Assembly (NCBI GenBank): GCA_963559995.1
Contig: CAUWNL010000001.1
Location: forward strand, 13,108-77,107
Length of the DNA stretch: 64,000 bases
Reading direction: 5' to 3'
Source: an uncultured Sarcina sp.
GTDB lineage: Bacteria > Bacillota > Clostridia > Clostridiales > Clostridiaceae
Shown: in pieces, positions 56,425-64,000 of the stretch
Numbering within the stretch: the stretch's first letter is position 1
Layout: every line of letters begins with the position of its first letter
Made by a program: the position numbers and the translations under genes
Notes under the pieces: generated by a model
What the model saw: only the letters and a program-made list of their open reading frames with translations
The model's database searches: none
What the model was told of the DNA's origin: nothing

Positions 56425-58656
56425 ATGGAACAATATTGGAATGAATTTAAAAAAGGTTCTTGGACAAAAGAAATAGATGTTAGAAACTTTATTCAAACAA
56501 ACTACACTCCTTATGAGGGTGATAGCAGTTTCCTAGCTAAAGCTACTGAGGATACTAAAAAACTTTCTGATGAGGTTGCTAATCTTTTTAAAGCTGAAAT
56601 TGATAACGGTGGTGTTTTAGACGTTGATACAAAAACAATTTCAGGAATAGATGCTTATAATGCTGGTTATATAGATAAAAACTTAGAAAAAATAGTAGGT
56701 CTTCAAACAGATGCCCCACTAAAAAGAGCTGTTATGCCTTATGGTGGTATAAGAATGGCTGAAAATGCTGCAAAAGCTTATGATTTTGAAGTTGACCCTA
56801 AAATTTCTGAAGTATTTAGTAAATATAGAAAAACTCATAATCAAGGTGTTTTTGATGCCTATACTGATGAAATGAAACTTGCTAGAAAATCTGGTATAGT
56901 TACAGGTCTTCCTGATGCTTATGGAAGAGGCAGAATTATAGGTGATTATAGACGTGTTGCCCTTTATGGTGTTGATAGATTAATTGAAGATAAATTAGAA
57001 CAAAAAAAGAGCTTAGAAGTTTCAACTATAGATGAAGATGTTATAAGACTTAGAGAAGAAATCTCTAATCAAATAGTAGCTTTAAAACAGCTTAAAAACT
57101 TAGGCTTATCTTATGGATTTGACATATCTAAACCTGCTAAAAATGCTAAAGAAGCTGTTCAATGGTTATACTTTGGATTTTTAGGTGCTATAAAAGACCA
57201 AAATGGTGCTGCAATGTCTCTTGGTAGAACTTCTACTTTCTTAGATATATTCATTGAAAGAGATTTAAAAAATGGAACATTAACTGAGGCTGAGGCTCAA
57301 GAACTTATGGACCATTTTGTTATGAAATTAAGACTTGTTAAGTTCTTAAGAACTCCAGAATACAATGATTTATTCTCAGGAGACCCAACTTGGGTAACAG
57401 AATCAATTGGCGGTATTGGCTTAGATGGCAGACCTTTAGTTACTAAAAACTCTTTTAGAATACTAAACACTTTATACACTTTAGGACCATCACCAGAACC
57501 TAATTTAACTGTATTATGGGCAACTAATCTTCCTAAAGGGTTTAAAGATTTTTGTTCTCAAGTTTCAATTGATACAAGTTCTGTTCAATATGAAAATGAT
57601 GACTTAATGAAGCCTTACTGGGGAGATGATTATGCTATAGCTTGCTGTGTTTCTGCTATGAGAGTTGGTAAACAAATGCAATTCTTTGGTGCTAGAGTTA
57701 ACCTAGCTAAAACTCTTTTATACACTATAAATGGTGGAAAAGATGAAAAGTCAGGAGTTCAAGTAGGTCCTAAACTAGAACCTATAACAAGTGAATATCT
57801 AAACTATAATGAAGTTATAGAAAAGTTTGATGTTATGACAGATTGGCTTGCAAAGCTTTATGTTGATACATTAAATGTAATTCACTATATGCATGACAAA
57901 TACTCTTATGAAGCACTACAAATGGCTCTTCACGATAGAGATGTATTTAGAACAATGGCCTGTGGAATAGCTGGTCTTTCAGTTTGTGCTGATTCTTTAT
58001 CTGCAATAAAATATGCAAAAGTTAAACCAATAAGAAATGAAGAAGGAATCGCTGTTGATTTTGAAGTTGAAGGAGAATATCCAAAGTACGGAAATGATGA
58101 TGATAGAGCTGATGATATAGCAGTATTTTTAGTTGAAAATATGATGAAAAAGATAAGAAAGAATAAAACTTATAGAAATTCTTATCATACTCAATCAGTT
58201 TTAACTATAACTTCAAATGTTGTTTATGGAAAGAAAACAGGAACAACTCCAGACGGAAGAAAAGCTGGCGAACCATTTGCACCAGGAGCAAACCCAATGC
58301 ATGGAAGAGATAATAGTGGAAGTCTTGCAAGTTTAAACTCAGTTGCTAAACTTCCTTATGAATACTCTCAAGATGGTATATCAAATACTTTCTCAATAAT
58401 TCCAGATGCTTTAGGAAAATCCTCTGAAGATAGAATTACTAACCTTAGTTCATTAATGGATGGATACTTTAGACAAGGAGCTCATCACTTAAATGTTAAT
58501 GTATTTAATAGAGAAACTCTTTTAGATGCTATGGACCATCCAGAAAACTATCCACAATTAACTATAAGAGTTTCAGGATATGCTGTTAACTTTATAAAAT
58601 TAACTAGAGAACAACAATTAGATGTTATAAACAGAACATTCCACAGTAAGATGTAG
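56425..58656 (+). CDS. pflB: Pyruvate formate-lyase (glycyl radical enzyme)
   Basis: 743 aa. Active-site IACCVSAM and glycyl-radical motif RVSGYAVNF near the C-terminus. Confidence 0.95.
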   Translation: MEQYWNEFKKGSWTKEIDVRNFIQTNYTPYEGDSSFLAKATEDTKKLSDEVANLFKAEIDNGGVLDVDTKTISGIDAYNAGYIDKNLEKIVGLQTDAPLKRAVMPYGGIRMAENAAKAYDFEVDPKISEVFSKYRKTHNQGVFDAYTDEMKLARKSGIVTGLPDAYGRGRIIGDYRRVALYGVDRLIEDKLEQKKSLEVSTIDEDVIRLREEISNQIVALKQLKNLGLSYGFDISKPAKNAKEAVQWLYFGFLGAIKDQNGAAMSLGRTSTFLDIFIERDLKNGTLTEAEAQELMDHFVMKLRLVKFLRTPEYNDLFSGDPTWVTESIGGIGLDGRPLVTKNSFRILNTLYTLGPSPEPNLTVLWATNLPKGFKDFCSQVSIDTSSVQYENDDLMKPYWGDDYAIACCVSAMRVGKQMQFFGARVNLAKTLLYTINGGKDEKSGVQVGPKLEPITSEYLNYNEVIEKFDVMTDWLAKLYVDTLNVIHYMHDKYSYEALQMALHDRDVFRTMACGIAGLSVCADSLSAIKYAKVKPIRNEEGIAVDFEVEGEYPKYGNDDDRADDIAVFLVENMMKKIRKNKTYRNSYHTQSVLTITSNVVYGKKTGTTPDGRKAGEPFAPGANPMHGRDNSGSLASLNSVAKLPYEYSQDGISNTFSIIPDALGKSSEDRITNLSSLMDGYFRQGAHHLNVNVFNRETLLDAMDHPENYPQLTIRVSGYAVNFIKLTREQQLDVINRTFHSKM

Positions 58657-58820
58657 TAAAAACAATATAACTTAAGTCCATCTTTTTCATAAGGTGGGCT
58701 TTTTTATCTGATATAAGTACTTTTAACCAATTTAGACTTATATCCAATTTCCATTGACATAACCTAATTATAGTAATAATATAAAAAAAAGATAATTTTT
58801 TGAATAGGAGGAAATCACTT

Positions 58821-58910
58821 ATGGAACTACTATCATATGTTACTATTTTTTCTCCACTTATACTAATAGCTTTTATAATTGTAATTTCTCTTACACGTTT
58901 TCTTAAATAA
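58821..58910 (+). CDS. Unannotated 29-aa hydrophobic peptide
   Basis: Hand translation gives MELLSYVTIFSPLILIAFIIVISLTRFLK*. AGGAGG lies 8 nt upstream. It is followed by the terminator at 58928-58961. Confidence 0.45.
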   Translation: MELLSYVTIFSPLILIAFIIVISLTRFLK

Positions 58911-58927
58911 TAATATTTTTACATACC

Positions 58928-58961
58928 AAACACCAAGAATAAAATTTATTCTTGGTGTTTT
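58928..58961. terminator. Bidirectional terminator between the small ORF and the yhgE/pip-like gene
   Basis: 16-bp perfect stem AAACACCAAGAATAAA / TTTATTCTTGGTGTTT. Confidence 0.8.
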
Positions 58962-58982
58962 ACTATTTCAAATTTAAGATTT

Positions 58983-61295
58983 CTATAATCCTGATTCTTT
59001 AAACTTTTTGCTCATTGATTCTGTTACATGATGGAATGGCTTCTTTAATAATGAAAAAACTAAAAATATTATTAGAAAACATACTAAGGCTAAAGCGTCA
59101 TTCCTAACATCACTCCAAACAACTCCTGCAATTCCTTGTCTAAATCCATCTATAGCATAAGTAAATGGCCATATTGGTTGTAAAATTTGAAATATTTTTG
59201 GATTTGTTTGTATTGGATATATTCCTCCTGAACCTGCAATTTGAAACACCATTATAAGAACACACATAGCTTTTCCTATATTTCCAAAAAGTGAAACCAG
59301 CGTAAATATTATAATAGTAAATGTTATTGAACTTAAAAATGCAAATCCTAATGTAACTAATACATTAGACGGCTCAATTCCTAGTACAAATTTATCTCCT
59401 AATGTAACTATTGTTGCTTGTATAAGAGATAAAAATATAAATAATAGCATTTTCCCGAAATGTTGTTCAATTAATCTTACCTTTTTGCCTTTCTCTAATT
59501 CCTCTTCACACTCAACTGTTAAAAGTGATGTTAGAAGAAGTGCTCCAACCCAAATAGCAAGAACTGTATAAAATGGTGTAAGTCCCATGCCAAACGTATC
59601 TGAATTATATACATCTTCTTGTTTGACATTTATTGGTGATGATAAAAAACTTGATATATCACCAGTATTCCTTTGAAGAAGACTTATAGCATTATTTAAT
59701 GTATCATTATTTAAAATGCTCAACTTATCATTTAAAGAACTTAAACTTCCTGAAAAACTAGAAAGTTTAGAATTAACCTCATTAGCAGTGTTTAATACCT
59801 CTCCACTGACTTCTATTCCCGTATCAGATAATTCTTTAATAGCAGGTACAATTTCATAAGAACTACTGATAATAGAATCAGCACTATCTATTTTATTATT
59901 TAAATTACTTCCTATATTATTTATATCTGGAATCACATTATTTGAAAAATTACTTGATATATTTCCTAGTGTAACTGATGCGTTATTTAATATAGTTAAA
60001 ACATTATTTAATGCCGTATCTACATTCCTCAAATCAATAGTTGTTCCAGATTCATTTGAATTACTACCTTCATTTGTTAGTCCATCTGGAATCGTAGTTA
60101 CACTACTAAGAGTTCCATTAGCTAAAGATTCATTTTTCTCAGCACTTATATCATTACTTGTTTTATTATTAGTTATAACATTTGGTATAGCATTTACTTT
60201 ATCCTTTAAAGAGTTTAATGACGATATTGCACTATTTATAGTTGAACTTAGCTTATTTAATGATTCTATTTGTGCAGTTACTTTGCTACTTGAAGCTATA
60301 TTATTTATTATATTTAATGTCTTAATAGCCTTCTTTATATAACTATTTGCATTATCTAAAGAGCTACTCATCTTATCTATAAGAGCTAATGCAGTAGCCT
60401 TATTTCCATTAACGTTATAATCAATAGCTTTTAACTCATTTATAAAAGATGTTGTCTCTGATATAGCATTTTGAATATTACTTATATTATTTTCAACATT
60501 TTGGCTTAAACTACTTAAAGTGCTAGTAGTAGAGTTTACTAATGTTCTACTAGAATTTGCTATATTTTGCAAACTATTTAACCCACTTGTAATTGATGTA
60601 GTATCACTTTTAACAAGGTTTAAATAATCAGAAAAATTTTTAGCATCAGTTCCTACATTCTTCATATAATTTTCTATGTTATCTATTGAAGTACTGGCTG
60701 TTAACATATCATCTTTAAATTGAATAAGACCAGCTTCGTTTTCTTTAAGCTTTTTACCTATTCCATTTACAGTACTTCCTGCAGCATCTATTACAGCAGC
60801 TATCATATTCCCCTTAATTTCTTTCGTAAGTTTTGTTGTAGCTACATCAGTAATCTTTGTAGCAATAGCATTAGCCTTTTCATTTACAACATATATTATA
60901 TCCGGTTTTTCTGCCCCAAGATTTTGTATATTAGTTATAAGTGATGAAAAATTATCTGGTATTTCTATCATAGCATAATATTTACCCGTTTTTACACCTT
61001 CTTCACCTTGCTGTTCTGTTACAAACTGCCAATCTATATCCTTATTATTTTTAAGTTCATCTATTATTTTATCACCTATATTTATCTCCTTACCATTTAG
61101 AACAGCTCCTTGATCTTCATTTACAACTGCAACTGGTAAATTCCCCGTATTTGCATAAGGATCCCAACATGCCTTTAAATTTATCCATGCATAAAGGGAT
61201 GGTATTATACAGATACCAATAATTATTATAAGTGCTGCTTTATTTTTAGATATATTTTTTAAGTCTCTAAAAAATATTTTAAAAATATTTTTCAT
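58983..61295 (-). CDS. YhgE/Pip-domain membrane protein (phage-infection-protein family), paralog 2
   Basis: 770 aa. N-terminal TM helix plus PSLYAWINLKACWDPY, a roughly 500-aa Asn/Ser-rich helical ectodomain, and a C-terminal 5-TM ABC-2-like domain (GGIYPIQ...PFTYAIDGFR). Confidence 0.8.
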   Translation of the reverse strand: MKNIFKIFFRDLKNISKNKAALIIIIGICIIPSLYAWINLKACWDPYANTGNLPVAVVNEDQGAVLNGKEINIGDKIIDELKNNKDIDWQFVTEQQGEEGVKTGKYYAMIEIPDNFSSLITNIQNLGAEKPDIIYVVNEKANAIATKITDVATTKLTKEIKGNMIAAVIDAAGSTVNGIGKKLKENEAGLIQFKDDMLTASTSIDNIENYMKNVGTDAKNFSDYLNLVKSDTTSITSGLNSLQNIANSSRTLVNSTTSTLSSLSQNVENNISNIQNAISETTSFINELKAIDYNVNGNKATALALIDKMSSSLDNANSYIKKAIKTLNIINNIASSSKVTAQIESLNKLSSTINSAISSLNSLKDKVNAIPNVITNNKTSNDISAEKNESLANGTLSSVTTIPDGLTNEGSNSNESGTTIDLRNVDTALNNVLTILNNASVTLGNISSNFSNNVIPDINNIGSNLNNKIDSADSIISSSYEIVPAIKELSDTGIEVSGEVLNTANEVNSKLSSFSGSLSSLNDKLSILNNDTLNNAISLLQRNTGDISSFLSSPINVKQEDVYNSDTFGMGLTPFYTVLAIWVGALLLTSLLTVECEEELEKGKKVRLIEQHFGKMLLFIFLSLIQATIVTLGDKFVLGIEPSNVLVTLGFAFLSSITFTIIIFTLVSLFGNIGKAMCVLIMVFQIAGSGGIYPIQTNPKIFQILQPIWPFTYAIDGFRQGIAGVVWSDVRNDALALVCFLIIFLVFSLLKKPFHHVTESMSKKFKESGL

Positions 61296-61324
61296 AATGC
61301 CCTCCTTCCTAAAACTAAACCTTT

Positions 61325-63475
61325 TTATTCTCCGACTCCAGATTTTTTAAACTGTTCTTCAAACTTTTCAACCCTTTTATTCAAAAGATTCTTAAAGAAA
61401 AATCCAATAAGGATAAATATTATAGCCATTATTATAAGAATTTCAATGTCTTTAATTACACTACTTAATAATGGACCTGCAATTGCTTCTCTAAATCCAC
61501 CAATTGCATAAGTAAAAGGAAAGAAAGGTTGTAGTATTTGGAAAATTTTGGGCACTACTTGTATTGGGTAAGTTCCACCAGAGCCTGCAAGTTGTAATAC
61601 CATTAAAACTATGCAAGTAGCTTTTCCTATATTTCCTAAAAGTGAAACAAAAGTAAATATTATTATAGTAAATGTTACTGCTGACAGTATACTAAACAAT
61701 ATCATAAGTGGAAAATTAACTGTATATACTCCTAAGATATATTTATCTCCAAGGCAAACTATAAGTCCTTGTAAGGCACCTAACATTACAAAAAACATCA
61801 TCTTACCAAAATGTTTCTCTCTAACAGTTATTTTTTCACTTCCTTCAAAATCCTTTGATTTAGTTGATAATAATGATGTTAAAAGTAAGGCACCTACCCA
61901 AAGGGCTAAAACAGTATATATAGGGGCCATACCACTACCATAGTTTGGTACAGCATAAAGTATCTCCTCGTCTATATTAAATGGACTTGATGCAAAACTA
62001 CCTACAACCTTTGGATTACTTTGAAGTATACTCACTATTTCAGATAAATCATTATTATTAACCTTTTCTAACTGAGTAGCTAAATTAGCTATTGGTTCTT
62101 TATACTCATTTAGTTTTGAAATAAGCTCACTTGACATGTTACTTGCCATATTAGTTCCAGTAGTTGCTGTATTTAAAATAGTATTTATTTGATTTATTAA
62201 GCCCTTAGATGTAGCAATAATTTTAGTTCCATTATTTGTTGCATTCAAAATATTATTTCCTATATTATTAAGTTCTGGCATAGTTACATTATTAACTGTA
62301 TTTACTATATTATTTATTTGAGTTTTTGCACTGTTTCCATTATTAATCAATGTAGCTATTATAGTAGTACTTAATCTTTGCCCTGACCCTATAATATTTT
62401 TAGCATTTTCTAATGCTTTTTCTTGTGTTTGTAAAAAGTTTTCTAATGCTTTTAGACTTTCCACTGCACTATCTAATTTAGAATTATTAAGTCCCTCTAA
62501 AAAACTTATATTAGCATTAATTAATGTATCCACTGTTTCAAGCTTATTTATAGCTTCATTTATGGTAGCTAGTTCATTTTCTGAATTGCTATTATTTGAA
62601 GCTAAATTTTGCAGATTATCTAATAAACCACTTACCTCATCAATTTCCCCTTGAATTGTTATATAATTAGTTTTTAACGTATTATATGATGTGTTTATAC
62701 TACTTTGAGCCCCTGAAATAAAGTTTTGAGTATTTATGTTAGTATCATTTAAAGAGTTAATTCCTTGTGATATTGTTGGAATTTCACTTTTTAACAATCC
62801 TAAAGTTGTACCTAAACTATTTGAACTATTATTAATATTTTCTAAAGCCGCCTCTATACTATTCATATTGTTATTTAAGTATATAATTGCAGATTTTATT
62901 TTTAATATGTTATCTCTTTGAGAATCGATATCGCTACCATATCCCTTAACCTTAGAAAACATAGTTTCACTTACACTCTCTATGAAACTAGATGAAATTT
63001 CATTAACTAAGTTATCTTGGGCAACCTCCGTTATTTTACTTGCTACGGGACTTTCTTTAGTATTTACCTTATAAATAATATCTGGTTTTACAGGATTATT
63101 AGATGTTAAGCTAGATAAATCCTTTGAAAAATCTTTAGGTATCTCTATTTCTGCATAGTACTTACCGCTTAAAAGTCCATTTTGTGCTTCTTGTTCATTA
63201 ACAAACCTCCATCCTATTTTGTCATTATTTTTTAACTTATCAACTACATCACTTCCTAAGTTAATCTCCTTACCATCCATAATAGATCCAGTATCATTAT
63301 TTACAACCGCTACAGCAACATCACTTGTATTTACATAGGGATTCCAAACAGCTGCAATATTAACCCAGGCATAAAAAGATGGCAGTATACAAAGTCCTAT
63401 AACAATTAATATTGCTATAGGATTTTTTATCAATGCTCTTAAATCTCTTTTTAATACTTTAAAACAATTCTTCAT
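61325..63475 (-). CDS. YhgE/Pip-domain membrane protein, paralog 1
   Basis: 716 aa with the same architecture (PSFYAWVNIAAVWNPY ... GGTYPIQ...PFTYAIGGFR). Confidence 0.8.
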   Translation of the reverse strand: MKNCFKVLKRDLRALIKNPIAILIVIGLCILPSFYAWVNIAAVWNPYVNTSDVAVAVVNNDTGSIMDGKEINLGSDVVDKLKNNDKIGWRFVNEQEAQNGLLSGKYYAEIEIPKDFSKDLSSLTSNNPVKPDIIYKVNTKESPVASKITEVAQDNLVNEISSSFIESVSETMFSKVKGYGSDIDSQRDNILKIKSAIIYLNNNMNSIEAALENINNSSNSLGTTLGLLKSEIPTISQGINSLNDTNINTQNFISGAQSSINTSYNTLKTNYITIQGEIDEVSGLLDNLQNLASNNSNSENELATINEAINKLETVDTLINANISFLEGLNNSKLDSAVESLKALENFLQTQEKALENAKNIIGSGQRLSTTIIATLINNGNSAKTQINNIVNTVNNVTMPELNNIGNNILNATNNGTKIIATSKGLINQINTILNTATTGTNMASNMSSELISKLNEYKEPIANLATQLEKVNNNDLSEIVSILQSNPKVVGSFASSPFNIDEEILYAVPNYGSGMAPIYTVLALWVGALLLTSLLSTKSKDFEGSEKITVREKHFGKMMFFVMLGALQGLIVCLGDKYILGVYTVNFPLMILFSILSAVTFTIIIFTFVSLLGNIGKATCIVLMVLQLAGSGGTYPIQVVPKIFQILQPFFPFTYAIGGFREAIAGPLLSSVIKDIEILIIMAIIFILIGFFFKNLLNKRVEKFEEQFKKSGVGE

Positions 63476-63741
63476 TAGTCACCTCCACCTTTTATACTGT
63501 TTAGTATAAACACTATATCAAGCTATTCTATCATTGTAAAATAAATAACACAAACCCATTTTAGGACAAATATTCATAAAATACTTAATATTTTTTACTA
63601 TGGTTTATAAATTTTATCCTTTTCATAGAATTTTACAATTTTAGTACCATAATTAACTAACCATATTGCTTAAATATCTACAATATAGAAAAGTTTTTAG
63701 ACTTAAATACCATAACTTTTTAATATAAGCTAAATAAAAAT

Positions 63742-63779
63742 AAGGCAATAGTAAGATAAAACTATCTTATTATTGCCTT
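63742..63779 (-). terminator. Intrinsic terminator after the fumarate-hydratase-like gene
   Basis: AAGGCAATAGTAAGATA / TATCTTATTATTGCCTT (one mismatch), with a T-rich tract on the minus strand. Confidence 0.75.
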
Positions 63780-63787
63780 TAATATTA

Positions 63788-64000
63788 TTAAAAATTTCTA
63801 CCTTTTAAATAGTTTTCTCTTCCTATCTCATAAAGGTTATTTCCGTAGCAATCTATACAAACAACAACTGGTAAATCTTGAACCTCTAGTTTTCTAATTG
63901 CTTCAGAACCTAAATCCTCATAAGCTATTATTTCACTTTTTTTGATACATTTTGACATATACGCTGCAGCCCCACCAATTGCTGCAAAATATACAGCTTT
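63788..64000 (-). CDS. Fe-S hydro-lyase beta subunit (class I fumarate hydratase / tartrate dehydratase beta type), C-terminal 70 aa only
   Basis: Hand translation gives KAVYFAAIGGAAAYMSKCIKKSEIIAYEDLGSEAIRKLEVQDLPVVVCIDCYGNNLYEIGRENYLKGRNF*. The gene runs off the window end. Confidence 0.7.
   Translation of the reverse strand, partial: KAVYFAAIGGAAAYMSKCIKKSEIIAYEDLGSEAIRKLEVQDLPVVVCIDCYGNNLYEIGRENYLKGRNF

Noticed and set aside
58657-58982. Search for a pflA (activase) gene directly after pflB
   Set aside because: Only a 29-codon ORF and terminators are present, so the activase must be encoded elsewhere.
60720-62921. Plus-strand ORFs 60720-60944, 61611-61943 and 62736-62921
   Set aside because: They are antisense to the two YhgE/Pip genes. 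Their translations are low-complexity.
1-64000. Scan for CRISPR arrays, tRNA/rRNA genes, transposases, integrases, and phage or plasmid genes
   Set aside because: None was found. The only repeats are the tandem HMA duplication, the SH3b-gene direct repeats, short hairpins and the motif array at 17.7-18.0 kb.

Overview
This is a very AT-rich chromosomal segment that looks Clostridium-like, with about 60 protein-coding genes. I saw no rRNA, tRNA, CRISPR array, transposase, integrase or phage structural gene.

Gene content from left to right:
- 5' part of a CadA-type metal ATPase carrying a recent tandem HMA-domain duplication.
- A Bce-type peptide-antibiotic sensing/detoxification module (kinase, regulator, BceB-like permease, frameshifted BceA-like ATPase).
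- A CadC-like ArsR repressor.
- Two tandem PnuC-like transporters.
- kdpFABC plus a sensor-only KdpD.
- manA and an MFS transporter.
- DedA, a hydrolase, a reverse rubrerythrin, an ABM protein and a MarR regulator.
- Two tandem ECF-S-component-like proteins.
- A MacB-type ABC transporter with two permeases.
- An MBL hydrolase.
- A two-component system whose kinase has a His-rich cytoplasmic head, next to a His/Met/Cys-rich orphan protein.
- MarR plus a MATE efflux pump, and a methyltransferase.
- An exosortase-G-type three-gene cassette (PTPS-fold protein, XrtG-like membrane protein, processive GT2).
- luxS, a nitroreductase and a KimA-type K+ transporter.
- A lysine riboswitch followed by lysP.
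- An ECF sigma/anti-sigma operon followed by a cluster of very small membrane-protein genes.
- Three membrane-anchored Ser/Thr-rich surface proteins. Two are modular SH3b paralogs that bracket a LysR, MFS, CCG-protein, hydrolase, CCG-protein island.
- pflB, two tandem YhgE/Pip proteins, and the 3' end of a class I fumarate hydratase beta-type gene.

The stretches I rate most worth a second look are the XrtG cassette, the His-rich kinase with its metal-motif protein, the SH3b paralogs with their bracketed island, the small-membrane-protein cluster, and the regulatory palindromes and motif arrays in the long intergenic regions.

All calls come from reading the sequence and the supplied translations. 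No database search was run.
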